A program made the translations under genes and the position numbers. This document shows, in pieces, positions 22,697 to 32,900 of a DNA stretch of 64,000 bases. The stretch comes from Tubulanus polymorphus. Lineage: Eukaryota > Animalia > Nemertea. The notes under the pieces are model-generated. The model searched no databases. It worked only from the letters and a program-made list of their open reading frames with translations, and was not told the origin of the DNA. Numbering within the stretch: the stretch's first letter is position 1; each line of letters begins with the position of its first letter. The stretch spans positions 7,118,275 to 7,182,274 of the forward strand of contig NC_134032.1 of assembly GCF_964204645.1 (NCBI RefSeq), in the 5' to 3' direction.

Positions 22697-23976
22697 CTAT
22701 CTTGAAGCGACCATGGTAATTTACCCACCAACTTCCTCAGATTGTCAGGGTACTCAAGAAGTTTCAATGCATCTATATCTTTCACAGCATTCTCTACTTC
22801 TAACAAGAAAATCGAGAATTCGTCCAAGCCTTTACTGTTGTCTGACTTAATCATAGGCCAGTTTATAGCTTTCTTTAACAAAGCATTTGCAATGATCGCC
22901 GAGTCACCGTATCGTTCTTCAAACTCTGTAAGAACAGCTTGATATCCTCGTGTTGAACCAATATAGCTAAGACCTGTTACAATTCTATTTGCCTCACCAA
23001 TTGTGAATTGTTCGAGAAAGTTTAGCCGTTCATCGTCGTCGTCCGTATTCTCAGCAATTCTAGAATTGAACTGACGGATGAAACGCCGGTATTCAAGAGG
23101 ATTTCCGTCAAATTTTTTTATTTCAACAAACGGCTTTTTGATATGCTTCACAATCGAATCTAGACCTCTTGGTTCCGCATTAACAACGCTTCCGACATCA
23201 GATGGCATGAACGTAGTAGCACGTGGATTCAAAGGTCTGTAAGAACCATCATTTTCAGCTATTTCATTTTTCAGAAATGTAGGAAATGGTTCGGGAAGGA
23301 ACGATTTATCATCAATCATTGACTTATTCGATTCCCTATCTAAAAGTGTTTCAATCACGTTACTCTTCGCTTCACTAACTTCCAGCTGCGTATTCAAATC
23401 TAAAAACTCTTCTTGTTGTTTCAGCCGCAATTTCTCAAGCTCAAGAGTCTGTTTTTTCTTCATACTATTCAGCAAGACATTAAGCTCTGCTTTTCTCTGT
23501 TCTTCTTTCAAACGAGCAGATATTATGGAGCTACCCTTACTCAAATCAGAGCGTACTGAACTAGCTTTTGATCTAACAGACTTCCTGGATTCAGCAGACC
23601 GTTTCGATCTTGCGAGTACCGACAAAGTATTTTCAGCCGCCATTTTGACTTGGTTGAAGTATGTATTCATCTCGTTACTTTCGACCGACAAATTCTCTTT
23701 TTCTTTAGAACTGAGTAGAAGACAGTACTCATCTGAAACTTGCAAGAAATTCTCGTACGTCTTGATCCAGTCTTTGTATGAATTCTGGACAACATCATAG
23801 TCACTGTGCTCAATAACTGACAGAAGAGTACTAGACAGGTTGTTCAGCTTCTTCAGGAGACTTTTTCTATCTTTCAGTTTATTCTCCTTCTGGTATTCGA
23901 CACCTTTTTCGGTCAGCGACCTATTTCTTGTTTCTTTTGGCCTAACATCTTGTTGGCCAGTTGCTGCTGTAGCCAT
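22645..23976 (-). CDS. gag: BEL/Pao gag N-terminal portion
   Basis: Coiled coil followed by KFDGNPLEYRRF (DUF1759-like). Frameshift into the next ORF near 22680. Confidence 0.85.
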   Translation of the reverse strand: MATAATGQQDVRPKETRNRSLTEKGVEYQKENKLKDRKSLLKKLNNLSSTLLSVIEHSDYDVVQNSYKDWIKTYENFLQVSDEYCLLLSSKEKENLSVESNEMNTYFNQVKMAAENTLSVLARSKRSAESRKSVRSKASSVRSDLSKGSSIISARLKEEQRKAELNVLLNSMKKKQTLELEKLRLKQQEEFLDLNTQLEVSEAKSNVIETLLDRESNKSMIDDKSFLPEPFPTFLKNEIAENDGSYRPLNPRATTFMPSDVGSVVNAEPRGLDSIVKHIKKPFVEIKKFDGNPLEYRRFIRQFNSRIAENTDDDDERLNFLEQFTIGEANRIVTGLSYIGSTRGYQAVLTEFEERYGDSAIIANALLKKAINWPMIKSDNSKGLDEFSIFLLEVENAVKDIDALKLLEYPDNLRKLVGKLPWSLQDRWRTIVQYRQRALLVIL

Positions 23977-23992
23977 TATTACGTTAATAAAA

Positions 23993-24420
23993 TGTGAAGA
24001 TCAACCGATACGTAAGATTCATGTTCCGTGGCAAAAAATCATTAGGACATTTATTTTCAGACGTCACAAACACGGATGCACGATTAACTACAAACAAATA
24101 GAAAATTACCATAAATAAATTTGTATAATTATTGACATAAGAGAATATCTTTATATTAGCAATTTACCGTAATATTTGGCTGTCTAAACCTTCAATTTAA
24201 ATCTTCACCCTTTACTCAAATACAGCAACACAACCTTACAGGTCTAAATCCATATAACAAGTGACCAAAAATCTCAATATCTGATATATCTATTGAACTA
24301 TACAAATTATCAGGCTATAGAATTACCATGACCAGAAACCATGAAATAACAACCATAGAAATATATCAAATACAGTATACAGAATACAATAAAGCAGAAT
24401 TTCAGGAATTATTCCTTACA
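23993..24420 (-). repeat. BEL 5' LTR
   Basis: 428-bp direct repeat of 17607-18034. Confidence 0.96.
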
Positions 24421-25852
24421 ATTAGATTGATAGTCCGATGCAAAACCGTCAAAGTTACTTTGAAATCCGACTGAATGTTGATTTCTTTGCAGACTTTGGC
24501 TGCATTCGTTGAATTTCCGCAACAAAAAGTTCCGATATTCATATTGGTGACATTTTTCTCGAAGAGAAAATATCCATCAGGGAGCTCCACTGATTGCATT
24601 CGAAAATCACGTTTCTCATTTATCAAAAGCGATGGCGATTGTGTCTGCATCGTCAGACCAAGAAGATATTTGTACCTTTTTCCATTTTCTCTTAAACGCG
24701 CGATTTTAACTTGAGGATAAAGTTCCTTGACTTTTTTCGTTAACTTTACTGATGAACATGGAATTAGTTTTAAAATATCTTCGTATTTCAACTTCGAAAA
24801 ATTGCTTTCTTTACAATTTTTCAGCAACCTGTAAATTGTAAATACAGAGAAATGGGAAAATGCACAACTATGTATATATGGGTTCATCATTTATTACATA
24901 CGTGTGAGAGCATATTTTGTTACCACAATCAATTGCAAAGTTGTAGCTCATAGTTGAATATTGAATTTGTAAGATTGTTGAGCATTTCAACCCCTTTCCA
25001 AGTGACCCCTAGTTTACATAATGATAAATGAACGATCCCCAACTGATCAAGCTAGTGCAGCGGAACTTTATATGATCTTTTGCGTGCGAAATAAATGAAT
25101 GAACCCAAATCATACGCCTACTTGGTTCCATTGTTGTGAGATTGACTGAATTGATTGAATGGATATTCGAACAACAGTGGAATCAGAGTCGTGTATTATT
25201 TGAACCTGCAATAATTTTAAAAGTATTCGTGCAGGAAAGGAAACCAGCTGAGATAAAACCTGGTATAACAATACGTCCTCACTTGCCAGGGTTAGATTAC
25301 CTGCTGATGAAGATCATGTGAACAGAAACGTGGCAAACACTGGTTTTCGATTTCGAATTGCTAGTTATCCAACTGATAACTTGTGTCTTACAATAAAATG
25401 AAAATAAAGATATGAGAATTCTTGTGTTAAATCTTTTGATAAAACTTCAATGTATATAGGCCTACAGATCAAATGAGGATGCTGAAAGGTTGAGGAGTGG
25501 ATTTCTCCATATCAAAGTTCAGGCCTACACGCATGGTAGCATGCTCATGTAATGCCATGTGCTGAAACTTGGTAAAGTTGACTCGTCGTTTTCAAATGTT
25601 CATGGACTTGCCTCGGACACCGATTACTAGTGAAGTTTGAACTTGTTGGATACAACCGACCACCTCGTGCGCTGCGTCATTCCAAAATCCCGTTTCGAAT
25701 CCAACGGATTATTCAAAAGTGGCGCATGCGCAATAATAAAAATTAAAATCCCGAAATAGATAAAATAGACCGTCAGGTAGCGACTCCTGGCATTACAATT
25801 GTAGTTACGTGTTCTCGAACGTAGGAGAGATCGTCTGAAGTATCAACGATGA

Positions 25853-26353
25853 AAACTATAACACGGAAAATATTTGAGAATAACTTTCATTCAAATGCAA
25901 TTCTTAATCTATGAATTATATAATTGATCATAATTTATTCTTATTAAGTTATTAATTTCATATGAATCATAATTTGACAATGAATATCGGTCTGTGAATG
26001 TGTTGACTTTTCATGTTGAAGTTTTAAACATGATGACGTCATCAGGATGTCACGTGACTGTCCCAACTTTCTGGCTGAAAATTTAAGTACAGCGGAGGCC
26101 TGGCGTTTCATCCCTTGTGATTTTATATAGTAAAGCGTGACGACCGTCTGATACTGACCCTTATCAGCCAATTGTTTATCGGAACTTAATAGCGGATAAA
26201 TATACAACATTAACACAAGGTATTTCTGTGATATTTTGAATTTATTTGCAGTTCATATTTAGCGCCATTCTCGCGAGATTATTAACAACCCGGAAGTAAA
26301 ATCCAAGCAACCACATAGAAAACACGATCCAAGCCCATCGCCAAACCCCTGTG
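25853..26353 (-). repeat. Terminal region/TIR (CACAGGGG...) probably forming the 5' end of the P-like element
   Basis: Closely similar to 51458-51927 of the 8-bp-TSD element. It ends ...CCCCTGTG at 26353, lies upstream of the transposase, and truncates the adjacent integrase gene. Confidence 0.65.
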
Positions 26354-27121
26354 TGTAATAGCCGTCATCTTGTAGCCTTTTAAATAGATCCAACCAAAAG
26401 TTAACGCTTTCTTTACGTAGAATACCCCACCACATCTCTATTATCTGGTTTGCTGTGCTTTTGCCCCTCAGATAACTGTGATGTTCAGCATATCATTCGT
26501 TGTGATCGCTTCTGAGAAATATTTGCATTTGCTGGATAAAAGTATTCTCCGTTCCATCATCTGCCCTTAATCTAGATGGGCAACCGCCTTTGGACTCTAT
26601 TGCCTCTAAGAAATACCCAGATATGACACGGGGATCGTTGTTCGTTGTCCAAACTTCCAACCAGATAACTAATCTTGAGAATCCATCAATGGATCCACTT
26701 ACACAAAAACAAAACGGTTTAAGCTTATCATATCCGTGGACATGCCAAATTGCGTTAGGCCCAGGATTTTCATACTAACGCCGCTGGAGTCGTTTTGTTA
26801 TTCTTTGCTTCACTCCTTCTGGGTCTAATATGCCAAGCAGCAGTCGCACCATGCAATTCTCAGGCCATGTTGTGTACACTTTAAGTGCATCCATCGATAT
26901 CCATGTAAATGACCCGATTTCTGCAACTGATGTATGATATACAGAGCTACGGTGATGATATCGGAGTAATCTTTTCTGCGGAACAAACCCAACTGAGCTC
27001 CTATCCGTCGCACAGTACGGTTACTAATTTTGATATCAAAATCCTTACACAAACAGTATTGTATTTCTGCGTTGCTGAAACCCAGTAGAAAAAGTTTCCT
27101 AAATATCTCATGGCGATCCAT
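26354..27121 (-). pseudogene. IS3EU/IS481-like eukaryotic DDE transposase (HTH + integrase core), truncated
   Basis: N-terminal HTH ISNRTVRR...LGLFRR, then after a frameshift GPNAIWHVHGYDKLKPF...IDGFSR, RADDGTEN and STANQIIEMWW. Stops are present and the gene is cut at 26353. Confidence 0.7.
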
Positions 27122-27979
27122 TACAGTTAGTATTACGAAATGGGTACAGCGTCTACTCTTTCTCTTAAAGGCCGAGGAGTATGGATGCTAGTTAACCGGG
27201 TGGCAAATACTTGAGATCGGCCGTCCCACTAACTACAGTATCTTGTTTATAATGTTTAGAGTGAGCGAGGTTGGCACACAACAGAAAAGCAGGTCACACA
27301 CAGTTAAATTTGACAAATTCATAAAAGTTTTCATATCAAGTTCTAAACTAATTTTAAGTAATCTAGTCATAGTGGGAATGAAAATCTGATGCTAGCGATC
27401 TTTTTTTGAAGAGATAGGGCCAAGATTAAAGATTTTAGAGACATTTCAAATTTTTTGAAAATCATTAATTTTTATCCGATTTCGATGAAATTTGGACACA
27501 ACATTGATGGTAGATAGCTAAACAAGTGTACGAAATTTCAGACTGATCCATTGACCATGAAAAAAGTTCTGATGTTGCCAAATTTTGGTACTATGAATGA
27601 GGCTATGTTTTGTTTATGTATACTGATGACAATAGGTATCAAATTACTGTTCATGTGCTCTGTGAGCTACACTAATTCACTGGATAACTCCTCCCTCTAT
27701 GTCATTCAAAGATTCAAATTTTGAAGGAAATACCAACTAAAAAGCTTAATTTCTCGTAGAGGAGGGCCTAAAACACATTTTTGACTGCAGAAATGAATAT
27801 ATTACACATTAATACATATGTCTGACAAAAAGGAGGGTCCAAATCGGATAACTGACAGAGAAAATAGGAGAATTCCAGTTTCAACCGTTGGAGCTCTCCA
27901 CTGCACTATTGCTTCATGGGTACTGCCATCTTTGACATTGATTGGGCTTTTATACTGCTCCTCGGCCTTTAATATAACA

Positions 27980-28288
27980 ACTCGAAAAGTCATTTTGTGA
28001 AGTCGACTTACAAACTCGAAAAGTCGACTTTTTAAAGTCGAAAGGTCGACTTATTAACTCGAAAAGTCGACTTTTTAAAGTCGAAAAGTCGACTTTTCGA
28101 ATTTATATTTTTTAATATTTTAATAACTCGAAAAGTCGACTTTTCAAAGTCGAAAAGTCGACTTATTAACTCGATAAGTCGACTTTTTAAACTCGAAAAG
28201 TCGACTTAATAGCGCGAAAAGTCGACTTTCTAAGCCGAAAAGTCGACTGAAAATAAAATGTTGTCATTGGCCGCATTGCTCTTCCGTA
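27980..28288 (-). repeat. Subterminal array of palindromic AAAAGTCGACTTTT units ending in a TACGG terminus (IS3EU-like end)
   Basis: About 10 GTCGAC-cored units with ~21-bp spacing. CCGTA ends at 28288, upstream of the integrase gene. Confidence 0.55.
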
Positions 28289-29137
28289 ATGATCCGTGTA
28301 TACTGTAGATAAATGAAGAAATCCCACACTTCCCCACTAGAAGCAGTGTGTCAAAACTAGATAAACAGAAACCACAGCAATTCTAAACATTTCAGAGTAA
28401 AAACAAATTACATGAATGTAACTAAGTGAAGTGGACTGAAAAGAGGGTGGCGATAACAGAGTGACACATAGTGACCCAAATCTAATAAAGAGTTGATGTG
28501 TCTGGATAATAATTGGTTATGTGGAGAAAAACCAGTATTTAAATTGGAAGATAAATTTGATTTCGTAAGTGTTAAACGTATTTACATTATATTGTATAAT
28601 CAATTGTGTTTTTGCACTTGAAATTCATTAAAGTTGATAAACCAATGATTACGCGGATACGTGTTAGTACAGTTCTTATTATGTATCCAATCAACCATTA
28701 ATCATGTTATTTGTAACTCAAGTGCATATTTCTATAGATATCCCACCAAGCGTTAACGCTTACAGACTAAGTAAGTAAATCTTAGTATTTTTGTCTATAA
28801 AAGAAAAAACTGTATTTTCCGTCGCTTTCCCCATCAGTGAATTGTATATAAGACCCTACCACTACTTGAGAACGAAATCGGTTTCAGCTATGTCTCGCTT
28901 TCTACGTTCAAAGGTAACTGCTGTGTATTTTATAGGTGAATCAAATCAATGGGACAAGCCAGACCGAACCTAGTAATGAGGTATCTATCGATAATGTAAT
29001 CCTCAAGTTGTTTCAAAAGACATCGGGAGCCACAACAACAGTCAGTTTTGGTAGTATGTACTTGACATGTGTCAAAATGATCAGCATGCTAAACCAGAGA
29101 AATAAAATATCGATTCTCAATCCATCCTGTACTCCAT

Positions 29138-29250
29138 GGCCCGATTTTATAGACTGGTATTAATTAACTTTAACCCGGGGGCTAACTCAATTGAAATTGA
29201 ATTGAGTTAGCCCCCGAGTGAAAGTTAATACCTGTCTATGAAACTGGCCC
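29138..29250. mobile_element. Small palindromic MITE
   Basis: CGGGGGCTAACTCAATT...AATTGAGTTAGCCCCCG stem with imperfect outer inverted repeats. Confidence 0.5.
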
Positions 29251-29905
29251 CAGGAGTTGAAGAATTGCATAAAATTCTTTTCACAAGGTGAATCAGAGAA
29301 AAAGTGACTCCAGCCGTAAATCAAGTTTGACCCATATATACCTATAAGGACATTGTTAAACATTAGAAAACAATTAGGTTTTTCTTCATTTAACAAAAAT
29401 GAAACTGCGCATCTGTGCTGGTCATTTTAACACCTTTATCAGGTGAACTAATCCAGTTATGGCAACCCGGCTTCCTTTCAAACGTCAAGTCGAAATTTGT
29501 GCTAATGGCAAATTGCATCGAATTTTACAGGTTGTTACACAACAGCTCGTTACAGAGCTGAGGGAAAAGCTTGCCATCACTGAGAGAAGGCTTAAAGATA
29601 TTGAGATAAGGTTTGCGTACTTGATAACAATGAAAATCATCTAAAACATGTATAAACAGTAAAACCCGTGATCACACGGGGACGATTTTGGCCGTGCTAA
29701 AATTTGACTCGGGCCTGCTCCGACGTTTTTGGTCGGATAAAATTTGTCCCGGGTCTAAAGCTGGGCGCACACCTTTGCGATCATCGCATGCGATGATACG
29801 ATGACACGATGAAAATCGCATCATCCCCGCATACCTTTGCGATTTTTATGAGGGCCTCGAGTTGGATTCAATCACGTGACTGATAAAAGCCATACGACTG
29901 AAAAA

Positions 29906-32900
29906 ATGGCTTCGTATAATTTGAGAAGAACGATCTTCATTTTAATTTTGTTAAGAAGATTACGCAGACAGCGACAAAGGTGCCAACAGGCCAATAGAAC
30001 ACACTGGGCACGGTCGTGGATGCAGAGGCGGGAAAGGTTGGGGGCAGTTCCGAATTTGCAGCTGGAACTGCAGTTAGAAGATCCGGAGAGCTTTAGGAGA
30101 TATTTGCAGATGTCCTCGGGCACCTATGCGAAGCTTTTGGAGATCGTTGGGCCTCATATCACGAAAGAGGAGACGTTTATGAGGTCTCCTATCAGTCCAA
30201 ACACAAGACTGTCATTGACCTTGCGATTTCTGGCAACAGGTGGGTAAAAAAACAAATTAACATATAGAACTTCTAGCCCTCAAGCTGCCCTGTGTCTATT
30301 ACTCCTCAAACCACCCCTTGCTCGTCTGCGCCACGAAAACGGTTTCAGCGGGAATCGAACCCAAGTGCAAAGTCTCTTTGGTGGATAGATGGCGCCACTG
30401 TACCAGTGCATTTGCTGGCAGAAATTTAGTAGGTATGCTACTCGTGGACAGTGGTGTGGAGTGGCTAGTGATAGCTAGTGAAGACTTGAATCATCCAGCT
30501 GACAAGAAGATTAGTCTCAACAGTTGTCTATCTACAGACAAGAAGATTCTTTTGAAAAGTGCGTTCCTTCACAGGGGCTCGTATCAGAGTTGTAGGTACT
30601 GTAAAAACGATAATCTCTTAATCCAATGTGTATAGTATATTTTGAGATGCTCCCTAAAGATCTATGAAAAAGACTTAATAAATTCAGCAGCACACTAGTG
30701 TACAGCTTACAAGAAGTAACCTACAGAGGAGAATAAGAAATGTACATGAAAACTATAATAATATTATCATTTGGGTTTCAAATTAGCCTTAAACTAAAAA
30801 ATAATTTCATTCATTTCACTAATCATAATAGCCTTAAAGCTAATTAATGTCTGGGTTAAAAGATGATTAGATGGTCACTTGATGCATACAAAGGAAAGTT
30901 ATTTTGTAAATGTACACACTTTTGTTTCGTTTCAGATACGAATCATATAACTGCAATCAGACTAAAATATCCATGAAGTCGAATATTCGTACTGAGATCG
31001 ACATCTTTCTATTTGAAATTCTCGAGTGTTTGGGATATTATGAACATGACAGAACCGAGCAATGTTGTAACCGTTACAACAGATCATGAAAACCATATGG
31101 CCAGTCTGTGCATACTGGGAACCTCGCATAATCTGAGCCGTGAGACTATCATCAACATCGCTAACCGGATTCTCCAGAAATGGCCACATGTCGGGTCTAT
31201 ACAGATCGCATAATCGAATAGCCCTCCGCCATGGTCAAGCGTGTTTTAGGACTGTGTCTGTTTTCTTTAAAATGGTAACATTTTGAAAGTTTTGTATCAC
31301 TCAGAACAGATTGTAATCTTAATTAGTTTCCTACCAGTTTTGTACAAAAATTCTGTTTTACCGTATATCTGAATTACTGTATCTGAACCTGAATGCATTT
31401 ATGTCTCTGCTAAATAAAATTGACAGTTATTGACTCTGAAGAAAGTCTTCAATTTTTATGTTTTATATCGAAGAACAAGGCAAGGATCTCTCGCTCTGCT
31501 GTTTCACTACCTGAATGCACTGGTTGGCTGCCCTCGCTGTTTTTTTTTCTGATTTCAAACATTTTTGGTTGCCTACTTGATAAAACTTTTCAAATCAAAC
31601 TTAAGGACAATTCAAAACCAAAACCTTCGCCATAGACTACCCTCTTTCAAGCAGGTCATGATAGATTTTGGGGGTCAAAAGGTCATACCTAATCAAATCT
31701 TATAGGTATATTGAAAGTACTTATTGTGTTGACTGCAAAATAACACAAACTGATAGGGGGTATTGGTAATACATGCAGTGTTTTCAATAAGAGCCAGGTC
31801 TCAGACCCGTCTGTCATTTGTAAAGGACCCGCCTGTTTTTTCCAAACCGCTTTCGTTTCAGGGACTGTGACATATTATGGGACCCTCCTGTTTTTCACAA
31901 GGGACCCGACTTGTTAATTTCTTATTGAAAACACTGACATGTATAGGAAAAACGGCTTGAGATGAACTATGAGGATTTTTTTCTGAGGAGTAATAGACAC
32001 TACATAGTGTTGAACACTAATAGGTTAATAGGCCTATCATGTTCTGGCAAGACAGCTAGGGCTCATGTTTATCATTTAGCTATGGTACACTTAACAATCT
32101 ATAATAATGAACTGCCATGAAATAAAAAAAAAGTATTTGTTTGAGCTCCAACTCAGGCCATGAAAGTGAAAATCCTAGTCGCGGAAACTATGATATTCTA
32201 TGAAACTAAGACAAAGCTTCAATTATGTAAAAAAAGGTCTAAAATTAATTTTTCTACATTTCAGGCGCTTCTTTCAGGGATTTATCATTTGTGTACAGAG
32301 TTGGTGAGCGAACAGTTTCCGAAATCATCAAAGATACCACTGTTGCCATAGTTAAAACCATGAGAGATAGGTATTTGAAGGTAATTCTCAGCTTTAATTG
32401 TAGAAAATCTCAGAATTTAGAATACAAATCTAAATTGTAAAAATATAAAAACTATAACTTGTAACTATATAAATTAACATTAACGCCGAACAGATAATAC
32501 GAATTTGGCATTTTAAACAAAAGTTCAGTATGAGTTATGAGCATTTAGCACATGCATAAAGCTACCATATATAGGTTCTGGCTCGGAATTTCGATACTGA
32601 TGGTTGTTGTGTTGCTGTTGTAATGGCTGACAGTTTGTTGCTGATGACTGTTCTGTTGCTGTTGGCCTGGTAGCTGGTTCATTTCTGCCTTGTAGAGTAC
32701 ACTCTGAATTTCATGTTTCACTATTGTCTTAGTGTGTTTGTCCATTTCCTTCATGGTTGCATGAACGTATTTGGAAAAAGCTGAAATGTCATCTTCTTCA
32801 GTTTTTCTTTTGTTGACACCTTCATTTTCGGACTTCATGTCATTTGATAAAGATTTCAGGAGCTCCAGCTCACATTCATCACGTTTCTTTTTAATTTGCT

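Larger units (their letters stand above)
17607..24420 (-). mobile_element. Full-length BEL/Pao LTR retrotransposon
   Basis: Two 428-bp TG...CA LTRs, 5-bp TSD ATTAG (17602-17606 and 24421-24425), PPT at ~18035-18050, and gag-pro-RT-RNase H-integrase on the minus strand. Confidence 0.96.
13200..24830 (-). pseudogene. Intron-containing P-element/THAP9-superfamily transposase, decayed and split by the BEL insertion
   Basis: Exonic fragments: FRLPSGRLLHYYK...GGLIFDEMSIQ (15617-15832), GNTGFRLTIASYPT (~15020-15190), MCMDGAQCNR (~14816-14946), HLFKKIRNN (~14670), TIEFLNATSKLV and NSDVEENWF (13200-13745), plus upstream pieces at ~17210-17400 and 24420-24830. In-frame stops are present. Confidence 0.7.

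Noticed and set aside
30340-30415. tRNA gene (also B-box-like hits at ~49175, ~53855, ~55330, ~56795)
   Set aside because: Only a GGTTCGA-like T-arm is recognisable and I could not build a convincing cloverleaf. Probably tRNA-derived SINE remnants.
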